Assembly: GCA_028706745.1 (NCBI GenBank)
Contig: JAQTVM010000005.1
Location: 5,165 to 69,164, forward strand
Direction of reading: 5' to 3'
DNA from: Candidatus Nanoarchaeia archaeon
GTDB lineage: Archaea; Nanobdellota; Nanobdellia; SCGC-AAA011-G17; GW2011-AR17
Length of the DNA: 64,000 nucleotides
Shown here: one piece after another, positions 19,889-29,120 of the stretch
How positions within the stretch are numbered: the first letter of the stretch is position 1
How the letters are laid out: every line of letters begins with the position of its first letter
Made by a program: the position numbers and the translations under genes
Notes under the pieces: generated by a model
Database searches by the model: none
What the model was told of the DNA's origin: nothing
Seen by the model: the letters and a program-made list of their open reading frames with translations, nothing else

Positions 19889-19934
19889 CTACAAACTAAG
19901 TGCTACGTCCTACAAACTACCTACTACTATCTGA
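19886..19934 (-). repeat. Tandem 7-bp repeat array (nnACTAC, about 7 copies). It is the inverted complement of the array at 19385-19433.
   Basis: The sequence reads aactaca aactaag tgctacg tcctaca aactacc tactact. Confidence 0.7.
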
Positions 19935-20487
19935 TTTGAAGATACAAACGAATCTCGTCAAAAAACGTGTTTATCTCGCCAAGCATTGCCTTTTCATACT
20001 CCTCAAGGCGCTTTCTTATAAGAATCTTCTCGTAAACAAGCCCTGTCCACTGCCCCAATGACTTTCCTTCCCATACCTTGACATTTTTTTTCAGGTATGC
20101 GCTGAACTTCATTTCAATGCTGCCCTTGTGCATTTTCTTTTTTGCATTGTTGGGAAGCGTTACCTCTGCTTCTGACAGGACTATCTGTGCGCCCATCTCA
20201 ACAACAAAAGTCACGTAATCATCAAGAGCTTTTGAGCATTCCCAGAATATTTCCGTTGTCACAGAGCCGTTCGGGTTGTCAACGTGCTTGTACCTGAGCT
20301 CCTTCCAGTCATACCCCTTGTGTATGAACCAGCGGTGCATTGACTCGTAAAGCTCGCCCATGTCAAAAGTTGAGCCGGCTTTTATCTTATAGCCCTCTAT
20401 CATGGGCTTTTTCTCTTCCAGCTTTGTAAACATAATCTCTTTCCAGCTGCCCATGGCTGTTAGGGGGTTGAGAGAATTAATAAACAT
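19927..20487 (-). CDS. Hypothetical protein.
   Basis: It is a 186-aa ORF with no recognisable motif. Its compact placement is consistent with a gene. Confidence 0.45.
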   Translation of the reverse strand: MFINSLNPLTAMGSWKEIMFTKLEEKKPMIEGYKIKAGSTFDMGELYESMHRWFIHKGYDWKELRYKHVDNPNGSVTTEIFWECSKALDDYVTFVVEMGAQIVLSEAEVTLPNNAKKKMHKGSIEMKFSAYLKKNVKVWEGKSLGQWTGLVYEKILIRKRLEEYEKAMLGEINTFFDEIRLYLQIR

Positions 20488-20531
20488 TATGGTATGCGAC
20501 AGGCAGTCTGTAGTAACTAAGAACTATGCCT

Positions 20532-21395
20532 CTACACAATCAGCGGCGTCACATACACTTCTATTATGCCTGCAAACAATGTTACGGCAATCGCAAGGAG
20601 TATCAGGTCCAATGCGTCCAGCATCACCTTGTTGAATATCTTCTCACCCATCCTGTGTTTAATAATTGCAATTGAAATCAATCCGCCTGCAAGCCCTCCT
20701 ATGAAATACGCGAGAATCTCGAAAACCCCGTGCGTCATGTAGCGCGTCATGCCGATTGCATACATGTGCGAATACAAGGCTATTTTCATAAGCCCCTCAT
20801 GCGCTGCTGCTCTCTCCACATTTGACCTTACAAAAGAGCCGATTGCTGATGCAATGACAGATGCATTCCACGTCAATATGAATATCATTCCCGAGCCGTA
20901 GAAGAATGAGAAAAACACGCAGAAGAACAATACCTTCAGGTTGTTTGCTATTATGCTCCATAATAAACCCAGGCCTGCAGCATGCCCTGTTATTACATTG
21001 GCAGTCACTGCGTTGTTTATTGAGCTTATTGTGAACATCTGCGTTGCAAACAGGTCCTGCACAAAGCTTGCAGGCAAAGCAATGAACCATATTGAGAATG
21101 CAATCACAAAGCCAAAGAATAGATAGATGAAAGACACCAATGCCTTCTTGTGCTCTTTCAATATTCCTGTTTCTTTTTCAATCTTTACTTCCTTGTCCTC
21201 TTCAAACTTTATTATCTTGTAAATCAGGGGAATGCACGCCATTACAGTAAGAAAAACAACAATCAGGCTTGCCTGTTCCCTGAATATCCATAATGCAAGA
21301 AAAACAGCAATTGAAGCATACAAGGCGCCCAGGGGCAGCATGTGCCACGGCTTTCTTTCTGCTCCTTCCGGCGTGAGGAGGTCTTCCAATACCAT
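20532..21395 (-). CDS. Polytopic membrane protein (SpoIIM/DUF95-like).
   Basis: It has multiple TM helices. Its start codon and first 14 codons lie inside the 66-bp direct repeat. Confidence 0.5.
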   Translation of the reverse strand: MVLEDLLTPEGAERKPWHMLPLGALYASIAVFLALWIFREQASLIVVFLTVMACIPLIYKIIKFEEDKEVKIEKETGILKEHKKALVSFIYLFFGFVIAFSIWFIALPASFVQDLFATQMFTISSINNAVTANVITGHAAGLGLLWSIIANNLKVLFFCVFFSFFYGSGMIFILTWNASVIASAIGSFVRSNVERAAAHEGLMKIALYSHMYAIGMTRYMTHGVFEILAYFIGGLAGGLISIAIIKHRMGEKIFNKVMLDALDLILLAIAVTLFAGIIEVYVTPLIV

Positions 21396-21414
21396 ACTGA
21401 ATTATTGGGGCTGA
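21349..21414. repeat. 66-bp direct repeat, copy A. It includes the 5' end of the membrane-protein gene.
   Basis: It matches 22849-22914 with 5 mismatches, exactly 1500 bp apart. Confidence 0.85.
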
Positions 21415-21430
21415 GGCTTTATATATTTTC

Positions 21431-22642
21431 CTAGAAGGCATTTTGCGGTTTAAGGAACCATTTCCACGCAGGGACTATATTTATGCCGTCTATCTTGTCT
21501 TCCTGCGCAAGCGTGACAATAACTCCATTCTTAACACCCAATGTTTTCATCGCCTCTTTCAGGCCTTCAATCTCCCGTTCCATATTGTCTGTATCAAGAT
21601 GTAAGCAGGATTGCACTGCATATACCGCTTTCCCTTTATTCTTTGCAATAAAATCGCATTCCCTTTTGCCCTTAAAATAAAATATCTCCCTGTATTTCCT
21701 TCGCAAATGCAGGAACACGGCATTTTCTAGTATTCTGCCCCTGTCTGCTGAAAACGACGCAGAGTTCGCAGCTGTAAATCCTGTATCAATGGAATAGACT
21801 TTCCGCGGATTTACCTGCTGTTTCTTAAGCGAAAAGCTGAATATGGGGACTGTAAAAAGCAGGAAAGATTCTTCCATACATCCCACATAAGAAACGGCAG
21901 TATTTGCAGAGCGTATCCCGAATGTTTTTGCCAGCGAATTGCATGAAAATTCCCTGCTTATATTTGATAACAGGAATACGGCAATGTTCCTTACAGTTTT
22001 TTCATCCCTTATCTTATGCCTCACAATCACGTCTTTTGTTATAATATCATTGAAAAGCTCCTGAAGCATTTCTTCCTTGCCGTACTTAAGGAATTCAGGG
22101 AATCCTCCTTTACGAAGGTATTCTTCAAATGTTTCAGCTCCTGCTTTTTTCCCGAGAAACCGAAGGAATTCAATATATGAAAATGGGAAAAGAGTATGCG
22201 TTATGTGCCTTCCTGTAAGCCTTGTGCCCAGCTCCCTGCTCAGCAGCGAGGCGTTAGAGCCTGTTATTACAAATTTTCCGCCGGTATCCAGCTTTCTCCT
22301 TACAAACCTTTCCCACTCGTCCACGTTTTGTATTTCATCCATGAAATAAGCCGCGTTTCCGCAGCATTCCTTAAAAGCCTCTTCCAGCTTTGGGAAATCA
22401 TTCAGCGAAAAGCCTGCCGCTCTCGGCTCTTCAAAATTGAAATAGCAGTAATCCTTTCCCCTGCGCATTATCTGCTTCATAAGCGTGCTTTTGCCGCAGC
22501 GCCTGACTCCGGATATTATTGCCGCATGAGGCAGCCTTGTGTCTATTTCAGGCAGGAGCTCCCTCTCAATGCCGGGGTCCATTCTTTCAATCTCCTTTCT
22601 CTGCAGTTTTACTATCTCCAGGAGCTGGTCTTTCAGTATCAT
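21431..22642 (-). CDS. AAA+ superfamily ATPase (AAA_14 plus DUF4143), a paralog of 7747-9078.
   Basis: A Walker A motif GVRRCGKST is present. The C-terminal WKWFLK tail matches the first copy. Confidence 0.8.
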   Translation of the reverse strand: MILKDQLLEIVKLQRKEIERMDPGIERELLPEIDTRLPHAAIISGVRRCGKSTLMKQIMRRGKDYCYFNFEEPRAAGFSLNDFPKLEEAFKECCGNAAYFMDEIQNVDEWERFVRRKLDTGGKFVITGSNASLLSRELGTRLTGRHITHTLFPFSYIEFLRFLGKKAGAETFEEYLRKGGFPEFLKYGKEEMLQELFNDIITKDVIVRHKIRDEKTVRNIAVFLLSNISREFSCNSLAKTFGIRSANTAVSYVGCMEESFLLFTVPIFSFSLKKQQVNPRKVYSIDTGFTAANSASFSADRGRILENAVFLHLRRKYREIFYFKGKRECDFIAKNKGKAVYAVQSCLHLDTDNMEREIEGLKEAMKTLGVKNGVIVTLAQEDKIDGINIVPAWKWFLKPQNAF

Positions 22643-22664
22643 ACCTTAATATTGCGCATTACTA

Positions 22665-22703
22665 TTATATAAATCTTTGCATTACTATTATATAAATGTC
22701 TTA
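22665..22703. promoter_or_regulatory. Tandem duplicated 19-bp motif GCATTACTATTATATAAAT (two copies), TATA-box-like, upstream of ATPase gene 2.
   Basis: Two copies are separated by 1-3 nt. It is followed by the inverted repeat gggaaac-N12-gtttccc. Confidence 0.45.
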
Positions 22704-22848
22704 CATTAAGGGGAAACTTATATACAAATGTTTCCCTCTTGGCAGGGAAACTTCAAGGCGTTAAATTGAACGCTTTTGTCCATTTGCAATGAACACATTT
22801 AACGAGCTCAAATGACAGGAAAAGCCATCAGAATAAGCCTGCGCCGCG

Positions 22849-22914
22849 GCTGTCTTTCTGCTCCTTCAGGCGTGAGGAGGTCTTCCAATACCATACGTAA
22901 TTATTGGGGTTGAG
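22849..22914. repeat. 66-bp direct repeat, copy B. It carries a decoy ATG plus 14 codons of the membrane-protein N-terminus and then diverges to a stop.
   Basis: On the minus strand it reads ATGGTATTGGAAGACCTCCTCACGCCTGAAGGAGCAGAAAGA..., i.e. MVLEDLLTPEGAER followed by unrelated residues and a stop. Confidence 0.85.
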
Positions 22915-22976
22915 TATTAATAAGGGTTTTGGTAAGGGAAAAAACAGATTAATATAAATTAAAAAAAGGAAATTAG

Positions 22977-23966
22977 TTATGTTACGCTGGTTATAATACC
23001 ATTTGTAAAGCAAACGCGCTGCGGGCTTGTTCCAATACATCCAGATACTCCAGGTCCTGATGTTGTTGCTTGCTGCGTAACAATCCCTCCGGATGTGCAT
23101 ACTTTATATGCCGTGCCGCCGTCACCAAAAGCAAAGAAGCAATCATTTGTTCCTGGTTGCCCGCCCGCCTTGTATCCGTTAGCGCTTACAACCCCGCTTT
23201 GGAGTGTAATCCCTTCAAATATACCCGTATTCCCTGATACTACGCCTGAAGCGCTTACCTGCCCTACAGATATTCCTGTTCCTTGATACCATCCGCTTGA
23301 GCAGCTGTAACCGCCTGTGCAAAATCCTCCGGCTGCAGAAGCAGAGCCGGATGTGCTGATTCCGCTGCCATAAAAGTAACCGCCTGTATAAGCGCCTGCA
23401 TACAATGTGTTAGGGGTGTAAACACCATAAGAAGTTCCTGTTGCATACAATCCGTAAGTGCCTCCTTCTGCCCTTGCTCCATAGGTTGTCCCTTTTCCAT
23501 AAACTCCTGTTGAAGCCCCGCCAGTGCTTGTAAAGCTTTGCGCGCTAAGCGCACCGCTCATGCTTAATGAACTTGTTGAAATTGAAGATGCTGAAAGGCT
23601 GCCTGTTGAAACAGAGCCGGCATACAAAGCATTAGGGGTGTAAACGCCATAACCAGAGTATCCAAGCCTGCCTTCGACGCCTGTTGCCGTGTTCTTTCCG
23701 ACTACTGCGCTCTTTCCTGAATTGGATGTAGTGCCGTTTATTTGGGATGCAATAAAGTCTGAGCCTATAACCTCAATTCCGCCGTCGCCCATCTCATATA
23801 TTTTGCTTGTATACAAATTTGCGTGAGTCGGCATTCCAGGAGGAACAAGAGTGAATGCAGATGTCATTATCCCCGCCGCTACCAAAAGCGTAAGAACAGC
23901 AATGGCAAAATACAATCTTTTCGTGAGCAGTGACTTCTTCTTTTTCATTTCGAACCTCTTTTTCAA
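22977..23966 (-). CDS. Secreted Gly/Ser/Thr/Tyr-rich repeat protein with N-terminal signal anchor.
   Basis: It has an N-terminal hydrophobic segment and repeated GVYTPN(A/T)LYAG modules. Low complexity. Confidence 0.5.
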   Translation of the reverse strand: MKKRFEMKKKKSLLTKRLYFAIAVLTLLVAAGIMTSAFTLVPPGMPTHANLYTSKIYEMGDGGIEVIGSDFIASQINGTTSNSGKSAVVGKNTATGVEGRLGYSGYGVYTPNALYAGSVSTGSLSASSISTSSLSMSGALSAQSFTSTGGASTGVYGKGTTYGARAEGGTYGLYATGTSYGVYTPNTLYAGAYTGGYFYGSGISTSGSASAAGGFCTGGYSCSSGWYQGTGISVGQVSASGVVSGNTGIFEGITLQSGVVSANGYKAGGQPGTNDCFFAFGDGGTAYKVCTSGGIVTQQATTSGPGVSGCIGTSPQRVCFTNGIITSVT

Positions 23967-23975
23967 GCAATATTT

Positions 23976-23992
23976 ATGCTAATTATTAGCAT
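23976..23992. promoter_or_regulatory. 17-bp palindrome ATGCTAAT-t-ATTAGCAT in a divergent intergenic region.
   Basis: A perfect 8-bp-arm inverted repeat lies between divergently transcribed genes. Confidence 0.4.
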
Positions 23993-24075
23993 TTTCCCAT
24001 ATATAACCTTTTCTAGCAATTGGATTCTGTAACACATCAATAACTTTATAAAATCCCCGCCACAATAATAACCAG

Positions 24076-24909
24076 ATGGACGAAGACCAGAGGCAGGCTG
24101 TTGAAAAAATAGAAAGCATGACAAGGCACGACGCAGTAAGGATTACTGACAGGTGCAATGCGTCAATCTTTCTTGCAATGGCGATAGCGCAAAAACTGGG
24201 AAAGAAAGCGTCTATTTTAATCCCTGACCAGGGCGGATGGACATCTTTCAGGAATTACCCTAAATTTTTCAATTTGGACGTTATTGAAGTGAAGACAGAC
24301 TACGGAGTCATTGACTTAAGGGACCTGAAGGCAAAAACCAAGTTCTGCGGCGCAATGATATTCACTTCGTTTGCAGGCTATTTTGCAGAGCAGCCTGTAA
24401 AGAAGATTTCAAGCATTTGCAAGGACAACAACTGCATGATGATTGAGGATGCCTCGGGGGCATTGGGATATTCAAAGATGTGCAACGGCAAATACTCAGA
24501 TATTATAGTGGGAAGCTTCTCGGACGGAAGCTCTGTGAATGTCGGCTATGGCGGCTTCATATCAAGTTCAAAGCCGGAGTACTTTGACATTATAAAAGAC
24601 CAGTTTTCAATAATCAAGGTGCATCCTGCATTATACCCTCAATTGGAAAAAAAGCTTAATTCATCCAGGCTAAAGATGCTTATTGACTTGGCTGAAAAGG
24701 TAAAAAAGGATTTGAAAGGCTATGAAATCCTGCACAGGGACAGCGAAAGCCTTAACGTGGTCACGAAGTTTAATCCTGAAATCATCAAGTACTGCATGGT
24801 GCACAATTATCCGTATATCCTGTGCCCGAATTACATAAGAGTCAATGAGAAGGCAGTTTCAATTGAGCTGAAGTCATTGTCTGACAAGGAATTAATGAAG
24901 AGAAGCTAG
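24076..24909 (+). CDS. DegT/DnrJ-like PLP-fold protein. It apparently lacks the Schiff-base lysine.
   Basis: The segments ITDRCNASIFLAM, IEDASGALG and GSFSDGSSVNVGYGG resemble the aminotransferase fold. No K follows the SF motif. Confidence 0.35.
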   Translation: MDEDQRQAVEKIESMTRHDAVRITDRCNASIFLAMAIAQKLGKKASILIPDQGGWTSFRNYPKFFNLDVIEVKTDYGVIDLRDLKAKTKFCGAMIFTSFAGYFAEQPVKKISSICKDNNCMMIEDASGALGYSKMCNGKYSDIIVGSFSDGSSVNVGYGGFISSSKPEYFDIIKDQFSIIKVHPALYPQLEKKLNSSRLKMLIDLAEKVKKDLKGYEILHRDSESLNVVTKFNPEIIKYCMVHNYPYILCPNYIRVNEKAVSIELKSLSDKELMKRS

Positions 24910-25361
24910 CACTCAGGAATATTCGTTTCAGAATCCTTTATCCCGCAAATCTCTATTTTCCCCTGTATATCCACTTTTGGAAGAATCTCAATCTTGGTTA
25001 TATCCCCTACATCCTGCTTTTCAATGTCAAATCTTTTCAGGTCGGCAACATTCATCTCAATTTCAATATCTTCCTGGTATCCGCCTGAGCTTCCAATAAC
25101 CCTTATTATCAATCCATTAACCTGCTTTGAGCCTAGGCTTTCAACCATCACTGTTATTGAATCTTCGCGCGTACAGGCGTGCTTTATATTCAAATTAGTC
25201 TGGGATTCGCAGGCAGACATCTTTTCGCTTGTTTTTTCGGCAGACGCCATTATGCCCCTTGAGAATACCCCGCTCCACGCCAGTATGACAACTGCAAGCA
25301 GCGCAGCTGCGCATATAAGGAGAACTGTGGATATAATCGGCGACATTCCTCTCTTGTTCAT
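24906..25361 (-). CDS. Archaeal type IV pilin-like protein with class III signal peptide.
   Basis: It begins MNKRGMSPIISTVLLICAAALLAVVIL, with the KRG/MSP prepilin peptidase-type cleavage motif. The start was reassigned to the internal M at 25361. Confidence 0.6.
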   Translation of the reverse strand: MNKRGMSPIISTVLLICAAALLAVVILAWSGVFSRGIMASAEKTSEKMSACESQTNLNIKHACTREDSITVMVESLGSKQVNGLIIRVIGSSGGYQEDIEIEMNVADLKRFDIEKQDVGDITKIEILPKVDIQGKIEICGIKDSETNIPEC

Positions 25362-25449
25362 CTTATTACGATTGGCTTTTGGATATTTAAAGCTTCCTTG
25401 AGCTTTTCCTTGCACAACATTTATAAGAGCATAATGCAAATACTCTTTT

Positions 25450-26634
25450 ATGCGATTCAGGCAGGTTTATCTGGACAACGGCGCAACCACGATGGCTGAC
25501 CCAAAAGTGGTTGAGGCAATGCAGCCTTATTTCAGCAAATGCTACGGCAATCCCTCTTCAATACATTCTTTCGGCAATGAGGCAAGGCAGGCGGTAGAAA
25601 ATGCCAGGAGGATTATTGCAAAGTCAATTAATGCCTCGCCGGATGAAATCATATTCACTTCAGGAGGGACTGAATCAAACAATTTCGCAATAAAATCCAT
25701 TGCTTTTGCAAATAAAGAAAAGGGAAAACACATAATAACAACAAAAGTCGAGCACAAGTGCATCCTGAAATCCTGCAAGTGGCTTGAAGAGCAGGGATTC
25801 AAGGTAACTTATCTTGATGTTGACTCTGAAGGCTTTGTAAATCCTGATGCATTGGAGAAAGCAATCACAAAAGAGACAATTCTTTTTTCTGCAATCCACG
25901 GCAATAACGAGATTGGCACAATAATGGACATTGAAGCTTTGGGAAAAGTCTGCAGGAAGCATAATGTGTATTTCCACACAGACGCGTGCCAGAGCTATAC
26001 AAAAACAGAGATTGACGTGAAAAAGCAGAACATTGACCTGATGTCCCTGAATGCGCACAAAATCCACGGCCCGAAAGGCGTCGGCGCATTGTTTATAAGA
26101 AATGGAGTAAAGATAAAGCCGTGGCAGCACGGCGGAGGGCAGGAAAGGAATATTCGCTCAGGAACAGAAAATGTTCCCGGCATTGTGGGGTTTGCAGAGA
26201 CAGTGAAAATTGCAAGCAAAAAGCACGTTGAGCAGATGTCAAGATTAAGAGACAAGCTAATCAAGGGCTTGCTTGAAATTCCCGGAACAATGCTTAACGG
26301 CGCAAAAGGAAATAAAAGATTATGCAATAATGTAAATGTCTGCTTCAAGGCAATCGAGGGAGAGGCAATCGGCGCATTATTGGACCAGAAACTTATTTGC
26401 TCATCAACAGGCTCTGCCTGCTCTGCAAAAGAGCTTGAGCCGAGCTATGTCTTACTGGCAATAGGAGTTTCTCACGAGGATGCAAACGGCTCATTAAGGC
26501 TTACATTAAGCAGGTTTACGACAGAGGAAGAGATTGAATACACATTGAAAGTTCTTCCTGAAGTTGTCGGAAAGCTGAGGAAAATATCCCCCTTCGGGAA
26601 AGTTCTGGACTTCATTGGAAAGAAGATATCCTAG
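25450..26634 (+). CDS. iscS: Cysteine desulfurase (IscS/NifS family).
   Basis: It carries the PLP-Lys motif SLNAHKIHGPKG and the active-site Cys in SSTGSACSA. The N-terminus reads YLDNGATT. Confidence 0.85.
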   Translation: MRFRQVYLDNGATTMADPKVVEAMQPYFSKCYGNPSSIHSFGNEARQAVENARRIIAKSINASPDEIIFTSGGTESNNFAIKSIAFANKEKGKHIITTKVEHKCILKSCKWLEEQGFKVTYLDVDSEGFVNPDALEKAITKETILFSAIHGNNEIGTIMDIEALGKVCRKHNVYFHTDACQSYTKTEIDVKKQNIDLMSLNAHKIHGPKGVGALFIRNGVKIKPWQHGGGQERNIRSGTENVPGIVGFAETVKIASKKHVEQMSRLRDKLIKGLLEIPGTMLNGAKGNKRLCNNVNVCFKAIEGEAIGALLDQKLICSSTGSACSAKELEPSYVLLAIGVSHEDANGSLRLTLSRFTTEEEIEYTLKVLPEVVGKLRKISPFGKVLDFIGKKIS

Positions 26635-26705
26635 CCGCCTTTTTTTGTGCTTTCTTGTCCGCTTTTCAGCTATATTTATAAACTACCTGATAATCCTTAT
26701 TCCAG

Positions 26706-27896
26706 ATGTTAGTCGGTATCGTAGGCAAGGCAAACGTTGGAAAGAGCACTTTCTTTAAGGCTTTGACAATGTCGGATATTTTAATAGCAAATTATCCGTT
26801 TGCAACCATAAAGCCGAACCATGGAATTGGATATTCAAAAATCGACTGCGTTGACACTTTCTTCAAAACCCAATGCAACCCGAGATTCGGCTCGTGCATC
26901 AATCATCACAGGTTTGTTCCTGTTGATGTTATAGATGTTGCAGGATTGGTGCCCGGGGCTTCAGAAGGTTTGGGATTAGGCAATCAATTCTTAGGCGATT
27001 TAAATGAAGCAGATGTTTTAATAAATGTGATAGACGCGGCAGGCGCAACTAATGAGAAAGGGGAGCCTGCAAACCCGGGAACATTTGACCCTTCAAATGA
27101 CATCCGCTTTTTGGAGCGGGAATTGGACATGTGGTATTACCAGATTATGATGAGGGGATGGGAAAGGTTTGCAAGAACATTAAAGCAGGAGGGAAAAGAC
27201 CCTGTTAAGGCAATATCAAAGCAGATGTCAGGATTAAGGGTTTCTGAAGGCATGGTGATTGACGCATTCAGGCTGCTTGAGCTTCCAGATGATGTTTCAT
27301 TGTGGGGAGAGCAGGAATTAAAGGCAATTGCCTCTTATCTCAGGAGAAAAAGCAAGCCGATGGTAATTGCCGCAAACAAGATGGACCTGCCTGAGGCAAG
27401 GCATAATATCAAAAAATTGAAAGAAGATTTTCCCGAGCTGATGATTATCGGATGCTCTGCTGATTATGAGCTTGCATTGAGGGAAGCGAACAAGAAAGGA
27501 TTAATTGCTTATGAGCCGGGCGCAAACACGTTTGAAGTTAAAGGCAGTTTAAACGAGCAGCAAAAGAAGGCATTGGAATTCATACAAAAGAATGTTCTTG
27601 ATGCCTGCGGCTCAACAGGAGTGCAGGATGTTTTGAACCACGCCGTGTTTGACTTATTGCATTATATTGCAGTTTATCCGGGAGGAGTTAATAAATTGGC
27701 AGACAAGGACGGCAATGTACTGCCTGACTGCTTTTTGATGCCGCCGGGCTCAACTGCTTTGGACTTCGCATTCAGGCTGCACACTGACTTTGGCAAGAAT
27801 TTCATAAAAGCCATTGACGTGAAGACAAAGATGCCTGTCGGTAGGGAGCATAAGTTAAAGCACTGCGATGTTGTAGAGATAATGGCGAATAAATAA
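26706..27896 (+). CDS. Obg-family GTPase (YchF/Ygr210-like).
   Basis: It carries the G1 motif GIVGKANVGKSTFFKALT and the G4 motif AANKMD. Confidence 0.75.
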   Translation: MLVGIVGKANVGKSTFFKALTMSDILIANYPFATIKPNHGIGYSKIDCVDTFFKTQCNPRFGSCINHHRFVPVDVIDVAGLVPGASEGLGLGNQFLGDLNEADVLINVIDAAGATNEKGEPANPGTFDPSNDIRFLERELDMWYYQIMMRGWERFARTLKQEGKDPVKAISKQMSGLRVSEGMVIDAFRLLELPDDVSLWGEQELKAIASYLRRKSKPMVIAANKMDLPEARHNIKKLKEDFPELMIIGCSADYELALREANKKGLIAYEPGANTFEVKGSLNEQQKKALEFIQKNVLDACGSTGVQDVLNHAVFDLLHYIAVYPGGVNKLADKDGNVLPDCFLMPPGSTALDFAFRLHTDFGKNFIKAIDVKTKMPVGREHKLKHCDVVEIMANK

Positions 27897-27947
27897 CCGA
27901 ATTTCTATAAAAACCCTTATATACCATCTAAAAAACCATTATCCTGC

Positions 27948-29117
27948 ATGAACAGGAAAATACTCTACATTCACCAGGAAAAAAAGCCGAAATACGGCGC
28001 GCATTACATAAATGAGCTCATAATAAGCAAGCTGAGAAAGAAAGGATGCTCTGTTGAGACAATATACCCTGCCGAGAGCATAAGCCTGTTTTCAAAGTCG
28101 CTTTCAGGCATTGGCAACATGCTGTTTTTTTATTCATTGATAAGCCACAAGAACCACGCTGACAATTATGACCTTGTGCAGGGCACAACTTACACTGTAC
28201 TTCCTTTTCTTGGCTCAAATACTCCTGTAATCTCTCATTTCGGCTCAACAACATACGGCTTTTTGAAAAGCGTTCCCTCGCTGCTTAATCTTGAGTCTGA
28301 GGAAAAAACTCTTCTTGGAATATATGCAAACCTGAAAGAACATCTTGGAATAACCAGGAGAAGCTCCTCAATAAAATCATTGAAGGATATAAGCAGGATA
28401 GAGATTGAAGTTGCAAGAAAAAGCACAGCCGTAATAGCCTCATCTGAAAAAGTCAAGCATGAGCTTGTGAAAAACAAGGTTAAGGCGGATAAAATACATG
28501 TTATACACAATGCAATAGAGGATTATTGGTTCAGGAGCAAGCCCATAAAGAAAGCAAAGCAGACTGCCGCTCTTGTTTATCTCGGAAGGATGGGGGATGA
28601 CACATTTACAATAAAACTGAAAGGCATAAACCGCCTTTTGTACATTCTTAAGAAATTTCCAAATATTGACAAGCATATAATAGGCATGTGCTCAAAGGTT
28701 GACAGGTATTATCTGCTTTTTTCAGGCATACCAAGGGTTGCTGCAAGCTTAAGCATTGAAAAAAAGAAGATTCCCTCTCTGCTCAGGAGCCATTATGCTG
28801 ACATATATGTCAATACAGGAAGGTATGAGGGTTTTTGCCTGAGCCTGATTGAGGCAATGTCGCAGGGGCTTGTGCCTGTAACATTCCCTATCGGAGTTGC
28901 GCCTGAAATAATTGAAAACGGCAAAAACGGATATATAGTGCATAGCCTTGACGAAATGGCAAAAATAATATACAGGCTTTCAAAAAGCCCTGAAAAAAGA
29001 AAAAATATGGCGGAATCTGCAATGAAAAAAGCAAGGATGTTTAATGCGGACAAGATGGCTGCGCAGCTGAAAAATATTTATAATGAGGTATGCGCAAAGA
29101 CGTCCACTGCAAGCTAA
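27948..29117 (+). CDS. Glycosyltransferase family 4 (GT-B).
   Basis: It carries EGFCLSLIEAMSQGLVPV, matching the E-x7-E GT4 motif. Confidence 0.6.
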   Translation: MNRKILYIHQEKKPKYGAHYINELIISKLRKKGCSVETIYPAESISLFSKSLSGIGNMLFFYSLISHKNHADNYDLVQGTTYTVLPFLGSNTPVISHFGSTTYGFLKSVPSLLNLESEEKTLLGIYANLKEHLGITRRSSSIKSLKDISRIEIEVARKSTAVIASSEKVKHELVKNKVKADKIHVIHNAIEDYWFRSKPIKKAKQTAALVYLGRMGDDTFTIKLKGINRLLYILKKFPNIDKHIIGMCSKVDRYYLLFSGIPRVAASLSIEKKKIPSLLRSHYADIYVNTGRYEGFCLSLIEAMSQGLVPVTFPIGVAPEIIENGKNGYIVHSLDEMAKIIYRLSKSPEKRKNMAESAMKKARMFNADKMAAQLKNIYNEVCAKTSTAS

Positions 29118-29120
29118 TAA

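Noticed and set aside
21349-22914. Interpreting the 66-bp repeat pair as template/variable repeats.
   Set aside because: The five mismatches are not adenine-specific (t>g, c>a, tg>gt, c>t). The copies flank a gene rather than lying at a target gene 3' end.
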